In this document: one piece after another, positions 1-5,211 of the stretch
Numbering within the stretch: the first letter of the stretch is position 1
Layout of the letters: every line of letters begins with the position of its first letter
Source: a virus
Length of the DNA stretch: 10,208 nucleotides
Strand: one strand, 5' to 3'
Virus genome (UHGV): UHGV-0247914
The notes under the pieces: generated by a model
Told to the model about the DNA's origin: nothing
The model's input: the letters and a program-made list of their open reading frames with translations, nothing else
The model's database searches: none
Translations under genes and position numbers: made by a program

Positions 1-4
1 CATA

Positions 5-30
5 TCACTCTCCTTTGATGCGAATGCCAG
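5..30. repeat. Copy 1 of a 26-bp direct repeat at the 3' end of a gene (junction module)
   Basis: tcactctcctttgatgcGaatgccag at 5-30 matches 499-524 with one mismatch. On the minus strand it encodes the C-terminal I-x-I-K-G-E, the TGA stop and an AAGGAG that serves as RBS for the next gene. Confidence 0.85.
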
Positions 31-496
31 TGGTACTCATTCTCCTGATTTCCCAGAGCACACGAGGAACACCACCGTTTCCGACCGGATCGCGTTTACT
101 CCGCAGGGCGACGCTTGATTCCGCCCAGCTTTTTCTTGGAGGAAGCTCTTTCACACGAACAAAACCAGCTGCGCGGAGAGATGCTCCTGATTCATCTGCC
201 TGGGTGTACGTAATACAACGTTGATAACCCATAGCCTTTGCTGCCCGCCAGACAGCACCATAAAGCGCGCTGTTAGCGTTGCGTTCTCCTGTGGTACATG
301 TGCGATTTACTTCAAGCGTTAATCCATCGTCCAAATGTCGTGCAACAGGTCTACCGGCTGTCGCCACACCTATCAATTCTCCGGCATCATTTCTCAGACC
401 AATGCTGAATTTATGCCCCACCGGGGGTTTATTGTGTCGGTGATGTCTGGATATAAACGCCTTCGCAACACGAAGAGTAACCGGTGAAATCTGCAC
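5..496 (-). CDS. Hypothetical protein, possibly GNAT-fold acyltransferase-like; C-terminus ...GIRIKGE
   Basis: The ORF track gives 5..517 with a TTG start. An in-frame GTG at 494-496 sits 7 nt after an AAGGAG (complement of 504-509) and is the more likely start. Stop is TGA at 5-7. Central region (…TLEV…SALYGAVWRAAKAMGY…SGASLRAAGF) loosely resembles an acyl-CoA N-acyltransferase core; this is from memory, not a search. Confidence 0.5.
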   Translation of the reverse strand: MQISPVTLRVAKAFISRHHRHNKPPVGHKFSIGLRNDAGELIGVATAGRPVARHLDDGLTLEVNRTCTTGERNANSALYGAVWRAAKAMGYQRCITYTQADESGASLRAAGFVRVKELPPRKSWAESSVALRSKRDPVGNGGVPRVLWEIRRMSTTGIRIKGE

Positions 497-498
497 TC

Positions 499-524
499 TC
501 ACTCTCCTTTGATGCAAATGCCAG
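499..524. repeat. Copy 2 of the 26-bp direct repeat (junction module)
   Basis: tcactctcctttgatgcAaatgccag; 25/26 identical to 5-30. Encodes ...GICIKGE, the stop, and the RBS for the gene at 5..496. Confidence 0.85.
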
Positions 525-1170
525 CGACGCGTGGCACATTAACTTCCACGATGCGCACAGTTGGTTTGTACATCTCAATCGCTGTCAGCCAGTCAGCGCC
601 AGTCATGCGCTTTTCTGCATCGCCATTAGTCCACTTAACCGGTACACCAATAGCCTTCATCGCTATTTCTATTTCCCCGGCGATGGCGCTTTTTCCGCAA
701 CCAGTAAAACCAGAAACAACGACAAGAACTTCACCTTTGGCTGGTTTTATTTCCCGTGCTTCCAGTTCAGCAATACTTACGCATATCTCTGCGCCTCTAA
801 TCAGCCCCGGAACGTTCTTGTTTGGCCCAACTTCACCATCGACAAAATCAATCATCGCGTTACGAGCCATATCCACACCCTGCGCCCGCACTTCAGCAAG
901 GGAGGCGTCGGTGGCTGGGGTTTCCGTGAAGTTGTCCTCCCAACCGTAGTACTCCTGACGACAGAAGTTATTAAATTCCTTCTCCGACTGTTTAAGCCCC
1001 GCATTCTCCGCTGCCAGCGCATTAGCACGCACCAGTTGCACTTCCAGTTGCGTTGCCAAATCGCTGATCAGCTTTGCCACACTGCGCATATCAACGGCAC
1101 CACATTCTGCTTTCAGTTCCGAAGCCATCTCATGCCCGGCGGCAACTAACCCTTTGATATTACTTTCCAT
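499..1170 (-). CDS. Hypothetical protein with a predicted coiled-coil N-terminus and a Walker-A-like motif (GFTGCGKS)
   Basis: 223-aa ORF with ATG at 1168-1170 and GAGGG 5 nt upstream on the minus strand. The N-terminal third looks coiled-coil-like by eye. GxxxxGKS occurs about 70 residues from the C-terminus. Ends ...ICIKGE, sharing the junction repeat. Confidence 0.6.
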   Translation of the reverse strand: MESNIKGLVAAGHEMASELKAECGAVDMRSVAKLISDLATQLEVQLVRANALAAENAGLKQSEKEFNNFCRQEYYGWEDNFTETPATDASLAEVRAQGVDMARNAMIDFVDGEVGPNKNVPGLIRGAEICVSIAELEAREIKPAKGEVLVVVSGFTGCGKSAIAGEIEIAMKAIGVPVKWTNGDAEKRMTGADWLTAIEMYKPTVRIVEVNVPRVAGICIKGE

Positions 1171-1231
1171 CTTTACCCTCGCTTATCCACATAACTTATT
1201 GATTACACTGATAACTAAAAAGATCGTCGAT

Positions 1232-1576
1232 TCAGAACTCTTCGATGTTCCAGCCACCACCTGCTTTCTTTGGTTTAACCGTTACCCCGATGATTCGGAA
1301 CGGATACTGATCTGCGGCGACTTTGGTTTTCACCCTGGCGTCGTCGGTCCAGAAACCTTTCACTTCGTGCAGTTCCATCTCGCCGGTGGCGAGCATCACA
1401 GCAAAATCGGGCGTATAGAACGTGTTGTCAGCTAACCGTAGCTTGATACCCTCGAATCGATACCAGGCGATTTCCCCTGCACGTTTACGAAGCTCAAGGT
1501 GCTGGCAATACGCAGATTCTGTTTTGTTCATCTGGCCTGTTTTGAGTCGACCAAGAGCCTGTATCTGTTTTCTCAT
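1232..1576 (-). CDS. Small protein with a PD-(D/E)xK-like motif (possible VRR-NUC-like nuclease)
   Basis: 114-aa ORF with ATG at 1574-1576 and AGGGG 6 nt upstream. Contains TPDF...ELHEVKG, resembling a PD...E-x-K nuclease core. First gene after the P terminator. Confidence 0.55.
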   Translation of the reverse strand: MRKQIQALGRLKTGQMNKTESAYCQHLELRKRAGEIAWYRFEGIKLRLADNTFYTPDFAVMLATGEMELHEVKGFWTDDARVKTKVAADQYPFRIIGVTVKPKKAGGGWNIEEF

Positions 1577-1579
1577 GAT

Positions 1580-1594
1580 TTACCCCTGAGGTAA
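1580..1594. promoter_or_regulatory. Operator-like palindrome TTACC-CCTGA-GGTAA
   Basis: Perfect inverted-repeat half-sites TTACC/GGTAA with a 5-bp spacer. Overlaps the RBS region of the gene at 1232..1576. Confidence 0.5.
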
Positions 1595-1635
1595 TTAAAA
1601 ACCACATAAGACACGAAATCAATAGATCTTAGAAC

Positions 1636-1663
1636 ATTTTATTACCTAGCAGGTAATTATCAA
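1636..1663 (-). promoter_or_regulatory. Putative sigma70 promoter for the accessory cassette, with the operator in its spacer
   Basis: Minus strand: -35 TTGATA (complement of 1658-1663), 16-bp spacer, -10 TAAAAT (complement of 1636-1641). The spacer is the palindrome at 1642-1656. Confidence 0.4.
1642..1656. promoter_or_regulatory. Operator-like palindrome TTACC-TAGCA-GGTAA
   Basis: Perfect half-sites; with flanks aTTACCtagcaGGTAAt. Lies between the putative -35 and -10. Confidence 0.5.
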
Positions 1664-1668
1664 GACGT

Positions 1669-1690
1669 AAAAAAATGCGCTATCGCGCTG
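1669..1690 (-). terminator. Weak intrinsic terminator after the P homolog
   Basis: Minus-strand RNA GCGC-GAUA-GCGC (4-bp GC stem) followed by AUUUUUUU, immediately after the TAA stop at 1694-1696. Confidence 0.35.
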
Positions 1691-1693
1691 GTA

Positions 1694-2479
1694 TTACTTG
1701 ATAAATCCTGCCGCCTTTCCCCGCCTGTATTCCTCCATCAGCCACTGCGCCGGTGTTATTCCCCCCAGGGTAGCGGCGTTAGGCATACACCCGAAACTTC
1801 GCCCTGGTGGATGGTAAACGTCTCTCCCTGTGTCCGGAGGCGTACTCATGGGTTCTGGCTTTGCCTGTATGCTGATCACCGGATCGGGTATCTGCTGTCC
1901 GGAAGCCACCTTTTTCGCCCAATCATCGAGCAGCCTGCGCGCGTGTTTCTCAACCTCAATCTCGCTAAGCTGGCGCTGATACATTGCACGGCGGGTATCA
2001 CATACGACCCAGTACATAACCGGATGTCGCCACGGGAATCTTTCGGGACCACCAGGATATAAACTTTTTTCCTTGCTGTACCGGTGAAACTCCGCCATCA
2101 CATCGTCAATGGTGACGCCAAGAACCATCTTGCTGTCTTTACACCACTTGATGAATTGCCCTGGCGACGGCCAGAACGGAGACTCACTGGCGCGGGCGTG
2201 GCGCATACCAGCAGAAACCTGTTCACGGGTTCGGATCCCCCCTTCGGCAAACGCAGCAATCCACTGCTGTTTTGCAGCGACTTCCTGCTCTGGCGTCTTC
2301 AGGTTGGTTACCACTGCCGCCGGAAACAGTTGTTTCAGCTGTTTGAAAAGGGCATCAACAAGCCTCTCTGCTGACATGTTCACCACGTTGTCATTGTTGG
2401 TGTACTGATGCTCATAACCTGACATGCGAGAAAGGGCTTCTCCGTCACGGTTTTGTATCGCGGTAAAAACGTTGTTCAC
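1694..2479 (-). CDS. P: Replication protein P homolog (lambda P-like DnaB helicase loader)
   Basis: Central region QQWIAAFAEGGIRTREQVSAGMRHARASESPFWPSPGQFIKWCKD matches my recollection of lambda P (RRQWVLAFRENGITTMEQVNAGMRVARRQNRPFLPSPGQFVAWCRE). The ORF track starts at ATG 2492-2494, but GTG at 2477-2479 has GGAGGA 6 nt upstream and overlaps the upstream TGA as GTGA, so it is preferred. Confidence 0.85.
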   Translation of the reverse strand: MNNVFTAIQNRDGEALSRMSGYEHQYTNNDNVVNMSAERLVDALFKQLKQLFPAAVVTNLKTPEQEVAAKQQWIAAFAEGGIRTREQVSAGMRHARASESPFWPSPGQFIKWCKDSKMVLGVTIDDVMAEFHRYSKEKSLYPGGPERFPWRHPVMYWVVCDTRRAMYQRQLSEIEVEKHARRLLDDWAKKVASGQQIPDPVISIQAKPEPMSTPPDTGRDVYHPPGRSFGCMPNAATLGGITPAQWLMEEYRRGKAAGFIK

Positions 2480-3267
2480 AAGAAATCCTCCCATGCTTCA
2501 GGGCTGTTCCAGTGCGGAACGTTGTTATCAGGTAATGTTGATTGCTTCTGTCTGCTAATCTGCAGCCGCCTTGCCAGCTTCTGCTCCCACTGTGCCTGAT
2601 GGTATGCCTTACCCTCAGCCATCCAGTAAATTCTGAACTCTGCAAGTTCCTGTGCCGTTGGCAGACTGTCCAGGTAGATCCCCTGCAATGAGCTTTTCCG
2701 AAGAAAGTCATCTGATGGCTGCCATTGTTCATGCATGACAAATTTGCCTAATTGCCCTGGCCCACCAGGAGGAACAAAGTTATTCATCACGGCGTTGTTT
2801 GCGCCGGGGTCATGAGGCACAGAATCCCCGCTTTTTGTCCTGCTCTCCCTCTCTTGGTTAAATGACTGGTTATATGACTGGTTCTGGATCCCGTTTTTGG
2901 GATCATTCAACATCCCGTTTTTGGGTATATTCCCGTTTTCGGGTATATTCCCGTTTTCGGGTTCATTGCCCCACTCCCGGTTGCCTTTAATGTTCCCGTT
3001 TTTGGTTATATTAAGAGAGAAAACCCGCACTCTTTTTGTCGCTCCCTTTCTCTCTCCGGTATCTGAAATAAGCCCCATTTTCATGAGCGATATAAGCCCG
3101 GCCTGCACGGTTTTTTTATTCAGGCAAGTGTCTTTAACGAGGCGTTCTATGCTGGGGTAGCAGAGGTTATATTCATCGGCTCTGTCAGCCATCGAGAGCA
3201 GTATGAGCTTTAATGATGAGCTACCTGGATCTGTCTCCCAGGCCCAATCTGTTGCATGTCTGCTCAT
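2476..3267 (-). CDS. Replication initiator protein (lambda O-like functional analogue)
   Basis: 263-aa ORF with GGAG 8 nt upstream of ATG 3265-3267. N-terminal region looks like a winged-helix/HTH DNA-binding domain. A low-complexity NGNIPENGNIPKNG linker is encoded by DNA iterons. Sits directly upstream of, and coupled to, the P homolog. Confidence 0.75.
   Translation of the reverse strand: MSRHATDWAWETDPGSSSLKLILLSMADRADEYNLCYPSIERLVKDTCLNKKTVQAGLISLMKMGLISDTGERKGATKRVRVFSLNITKNGNIKGNREWGNEPENGNIPENGNIPKNGMLNDPKNGIQNQSYNQSFNQERESRTKSGDSVPHDPGANNAVMNNFVPPGGPGQLGKFVMHEQWQPSDDFLRKSSLQGIYLDSLPTAQELAEFRIYWMAEGKAYHQAQWEQKLARRLQISRQKQSTLPDNNVPHWNSPEAWEDFL
2889..3012. repeat. Iteron array inside the initiator gene (putative replication origin)
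   Basis: Five copies of TCCCGTTTT(T/C)GG(G/T)T at 2889, 2913, 2931, 2949 and 2994, mostly followed by ATAT. Copies 2-4 are spaced exactly 18 bp apart. Flanked by a TGACTGGTT x2 repeat (2863-2884) and a polypurine/polypyrimidine, moderately AT-rich stretch (3013-3060). Confidence 0.7.
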
Positions 3268-3282
3268 GATTAATCTCCGCTA

Positions 3283-3483
3283 TCAGCTTGAGTGTTGTGG
3301 GGAGGAATTAATCATGATCTGCTTAATCTCTGCCCTGATGCGACGGTTTGACTCCATGGTGCACTCAACACAGTGTCCGTTGTAAACCCAGCGTTCACTG
3401 TCATGTCCGTGCTTACATGGTTTTCCGGTGTAGTAGCGTTTAAGTCCGCGCTTTGCGGCATCAATACGTGTAATGATTTCCAT
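3283..3483 (-). CDS. Small Cys/His-rich protein (possible zinc-binding), in the position cII occupies in lambda
   Basis: ORF track gives 3283..3546. The hydrophobic N-terminal extension looks unlikely, so the internal ATG at 3481-3483 (MEIITRIDAAKRG...) is preferred. Contains C-K-H-G-H ... H-C-V-E-C. Stop is 18 bp before the initiator gene start. Confidence 0.45.
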   Translation of the reverse strand: MEIITRIDAAKRGLKRYYTGKPCKHGHDSERWVYNGHCVECTMESNRRIRAEIKQIMINSSPQHSS

Positions 3484-3564
3484 GGTAAGCCCTGTTATTA
3501 GTATTGGGATTACGGTTATTTTGTGCTGACACAAAAAAAAGATCAACCAGATTTGGTTTTTTAT

Positions 3565-3579
3565 TACCTTTGAGGTACG
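3565..3579. promoter_or_regulatory. Operator-like palindrome TTACC-TTTGA-GGTAc (one mismatch)
   Basis: Same TTACC-N5-GGTAA architecture, just downstream in the minus-strand transcription direction of the terminator at 3580-3612. Confidence 0.4.
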
Positions 3580-3612
3580 AATAGATATGAAAAGACCGCC
3601 GGATGGCGGTCT
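3580..3612 (-). terminator. Intrinsic terminator after the cro-like gene (tR1-like position)
   Basis: Minus-strand RNA AGACCGCC-AUCC-GGCGGUCU (8-bp stem) followed by UUUCAUAUCUAUU, 22 nt past the TGA stop of the cro-like gene. Confidence 0.6.
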
Positions 3613-3633
3613 ACAGAGGGTTGTTGCCAGATA

Positions 3634-3864
3634 TCATGAGTAGAAGAAGTATGCCAGTTCCGCTTTTGAGCGCAGCCATTGTCTTGTTTTACAGGCTTTA
3701 AAAAGCCCATTCATCAATACCTTACCTGGCATTTTGCGCTTACCTGTTAAGTGAGTCTGGATATAGTGACTCGTCGTTCCGGCTTCCTGTGCGAAGGCTT
3801 CACGCTCATCCGGAGTAAGTGCAAGCCAGTGCTTTTTGAAATCGAAATGTCCGTTATCGCTCAT
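3634..3864 (-). CDS. Cro-like HTH regulator (YdaS-like), first gene of the minus-strand early operon
   Basis: 76-aa ORF with an HTH-like segment (LTPDEREAFAQEAGTTSHYIQTHLTGKRKMP). Divergent from the repressor across the operator region. Confidence 0.7.
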   Translation of the reverse strand: MSDNGHFDFKKHWLALTPDEREAFAQEAGTTSHYIQTHLTGKRKMPGKVLMNGLFKACKTRQWLRSKAELAYFFYS

Positions 3865-3889
3865 AGCTATTGCCTGATATTTATTTCAG

Positions 3890-3918
3890 ATAATAAATAT
3901 TCACCCATAAGGTAACAA
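3890..3918 (-). promoter_or_regulatory. Putative PR-like promoter for the cro-like operon
   Basis: Minus strand: -35 TTGTTA (complement of 3913-3918), 17-bp spacer, -10 TATTAT (complement of 3890-3895). The palindrome at 3901-3915 lies in the spacer. Confidence 0.4.
3901..3915. promoter_or_regulatory. Operator-like palindrome TcACC-CATAA-GGTAA (one mismatch)
   Basis: First of three sites in the divergent intergenic region, phased like an OR1-OR2-OR3 cluster. Confidence 0.45.
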
Positions 3919-3931
3919 AAATCAAGGATAG

Positions 3932-3946
3932 TTACCTATGGGGTGC
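3932..3946. promoter_or_regulatory. Operator-like palindrome TTACC-TATGG-GGTgc (two mismatches)
   Basis: Middle site of the divergent cluster and the weakest match. Confidence 0.35.
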
Positions 3947-3948
3947 AT

Positions 3949-3963
3949 TTACCTGTTGGGTAA
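3949..3963. promoter_or_regulatory. Operator-like palindrome TTACC-TGTTG-GGTAA (perfect)
   Basis: Site of the cluster nearest the repressor gene. Confidence 0.5.
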
Positions 3964-4018
3964 TATTGCTTTAAATTGAATCATCTACTGATTCATATAT
4001 GAGGCGATTTTCCAGAAA

Positions 4019-4603
4019 ATGAAAAGTATCCAGGACGTCCGCAGGCAAAATCTCAACGACTTGATCGACCGTGAATTCAATGGTGTTCAGACGCGGATGG
4101 CAGAAAAACTTGGAACTCAGGCAAATCTGGTAAACCGCTGGGCTCTTGGCAAGAAGGTTATCGGCGACCAGGTTGCGCGAAAAATTGAAGCTGCCGCCAA
4201 TAAACCCCGTAACTGGCTTGATATCGATCGCTCGCTTTCTCAGGAAGGTTTTCAGCCTGTCGGCCCAAGCGACATTGGTCAGCTGGCAGCTCACAACCTG
4301 GAACGCTGGATGAGTGAAAGCCGCGACCTTTCAACTCAGGGAAAACTTCACCGCGCATCCGGCGTCGCCCAGGTGACAATCAGTCGCCTGTTAAACAATG
4401 AGGTCAGCGTTTCCATTTCCACCCTGGAGAATGTTGCATCCGCATTCGGGCGTCACGGATATGAACTACTGATTCACCCGCACGACCCTGCGACTATCAA
4501 CTATGACCGCTCGCGCTACGCATTGTTACCCGAAACCGAGAAAGCAAAGATCGAAAGTTACATTGAATTTGTCATCAACCAGAACGAAAAAAACAAACAA
4601 TAA
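4019..4603 (+). CDS. Repressor-like regulator with two HTH domains (CI position)
   Basis: 194 aa. HTH 1 is about residues 20-70 (TRMAEKLGTQANLVNRWALGKKVIGDQVARKIE); HTH 2 is about residues 110-150 (HRASGVAQVTISRLLNNEVSVSISTLENVASAFG). No S24 peptidase (LexA-like) motifs were seen. First ATG has no good SD within 5-10 nt. Confidence 0.7.
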   Translation: MKSIQDVRRQNLNDLIDREFNGVQTRMAEKLGTQANLVNRWALGKKVIGDQVARKIEAAANKPRNWLDIDRSLSQEGFQPVGPSDIGQLAAHNLERWMSESRDLSTQGKLHRASGVAQVTISRLLNNEVSVSISTLENVASAFGRHGYELLIHPHDPATINYDRSRYALLPETEKAKIESYIEFVINQNEKNKQ

Positions 4604-4624
4604 AATCATACTCTTCAGTAAGTA

Positions 4625-4650
4625 AGCCGCCTTCTGGCGGCTTTTTTATT
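4625..4650 (+). terminator. Rho-independent terminator after the repressor gene
   Basis: AGCCGCC-TTCT-GGCGGCT (7-bp stem) followed by TTTTTTATT. Confidence 0.8.
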
Positions 4651-4660
4651 GCCTATACTA

Positions 4661-4675
4661 TTACCTAATGGGTAA
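4661..4675. promoter_or_regulatory. Operator-like palindrome TTACC-TAATG-GGTAA (perfect)
   Basis: With flanks aTTACCtaatgGGTAAt; 20 bp upstream of the -35 of the PL-like promoter. Confidence 0.5.
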
Positions 4676-4694
4676 TTTTTTTAACTCATATCTA

Positions 4695-4723
4695 TTGACA
4701 TCAAACCAAATACGCATAATTAT
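4695..4723 (+). promoter_or_regulatory. Putative PL-like promoter for the recombination/integration operon
   Basis: Consensus -35 TTGACA at 4695-4700, 17-bp spacer, -10-like AATTAT at 4718-4723. The palindrome at 4723-4737 abuts the -10 and covers the start region. Confidence 0.5.
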
Positions 4724-4737
4724 TACCTCAACGGTAA
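4723..4737. promoter_or_regulatory. Operator-like palindrome TTACC-TCAAC-GGTAA (perfect)
   Basis: Overlaps the -10/+1 region of the PL-like promoter. Confidence 0.5.
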
Positions 4738-4756
4738 CAGACCGAGGTAACAAGTT

Positions 4757-4909
4757 ATGCAGTGGAAAATCATCAACGGTTGGTACTGCGTTACTGCATG
4801 CGGATTCATGAGCTGGAAGTTCCGCACCTTACAGGAAGGCATTAAGTGGGCTTTCGTCAGCAAAGAAGCTCGCGATGTAGCCAACGATAACGAGATATGG
4901 GAGGGCTGA
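4757..4909 (+). CDS. Small ORF (50 aa), possible first gene of the plus-strand operon
   Basis: ATG at 4757 to TGA at 4907-4909 (MQWKIINGWYCVTACGFMSWKFRTLQEGIKWAFVSKEARDVANDNEIWEG). GAGGT lies 9 nt upstream. Not in the ORF track and not recognisably similar to anything I know. Confidence 0.3.
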   Translation: MQWKIINGWYCVTACGFMSWKFRTLQEGIKWAFVSKEARDVANDNEIWEG

Positions 4910-4911
4910 TA

Positions 4912-5211
4912 ATGAACGTTAATCAGCAGAAAAATCTTCAAAAAATCATGCTGGCATTCGACAAGGACTACCGCCTGTCAGAACAGCTATATGACCGACA
5001 AGTTGAACTGATTGAGAGCATCCGACTTCATCAACTGTCCTCAACTTTCGACGTTGTAACAGGCAAAGGCGTTCGTCAGGAAGTGCTGGAGGCTGCTAAA
5101 GACAGCCCTGAGTTCGAAGAACTGATGGATGCCTACCGGCGCGAGGCAATGGCAATTATAGCGCGCTGGGATCTGGCGGATCAGCTTGATGGACAGAGGG
5201 ACGCGGCATGA
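4912..5211 (+). CDS. Hypothetical protein (99 aa)
   Basis: ATG at 4912 is preceded by GGGAGGG with 6-nt spacing; the track's 4897 start is a less likely upstream ATG. Stop overlaps the next start as ATGA. Confidence 0.55.
   Translation: MNVNQQKNLQKIMLAFDKDYRLSEQLYDRQVELIESIRLHQLSSTFDVVTGKGVRQEVLEAAKDSPEFEELMDAYRREAMAIIARWDLADQLDGQRDAA

Noticed and set aside
15-224. Plus-strand 69-aa ORF antisense to the gene at 5..496
   Set aside because: Short, arginine/proline-rich translation typical of an antisense frame, with no RBS.
973-996. Walker-A-like GFTGCGKS as evidence that 499..1170 encodes a genuine P-loop NTPase
   Set aside because: Kept only as a note on the CDS. The motif is about 70 residues from the C-terminus with no obvious Walker B, so it may be coincidental.
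484-1149. Plus-strand ORFs 484..1149 and 509..949, antisense to the gene at 499..1170
   Set aside because: They overlap a minus-strand gene that has a good RBS and a conserved junction module, and lack convincing start contexts and any recognisable motif. Most likely non-coding antisense frames.
1171-1231. ATAACT-N14-ATAACT direct repeat in the intergenic spacer between the genes at 1232..1576 and 499..1170
   Set aside because: Short AT-rich hexamer repeat that could easily arise by chance. No palindromic or promoter-like structure.
1811-2408. Plus-strand ORFs 1811..2062, 2084..2374 and 2109..2408 inside the P homolog
   Set aside because: Antisense to a gene with clear homology to lambda P. 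No motifs or RBS.
2445-3160. ORFs 2445..2741 (minus) and 2897..3160 (plus) overlapping the initiator gene
   Set aside because: Alternative or antisense frames of a well-supported gene. The plus-strand one is just the iteron repeats translated (FPFSGIFPFSG).
3544-3562. Weak AACCA-gat-TGGTT hairpin flanked by A and T runs
   Set aside because: Only a 5-bp AT-rich stem; too weak to call a terminator. The stronger hairpin at 3593-3612 accounts for termination here.
3971-4379. Minus-strand ORFs 3971..4294 and 4158..4379 antisense to the repressor gene
   Set aside because: Antisense to a gene with two clear HTH domains. No independent support.
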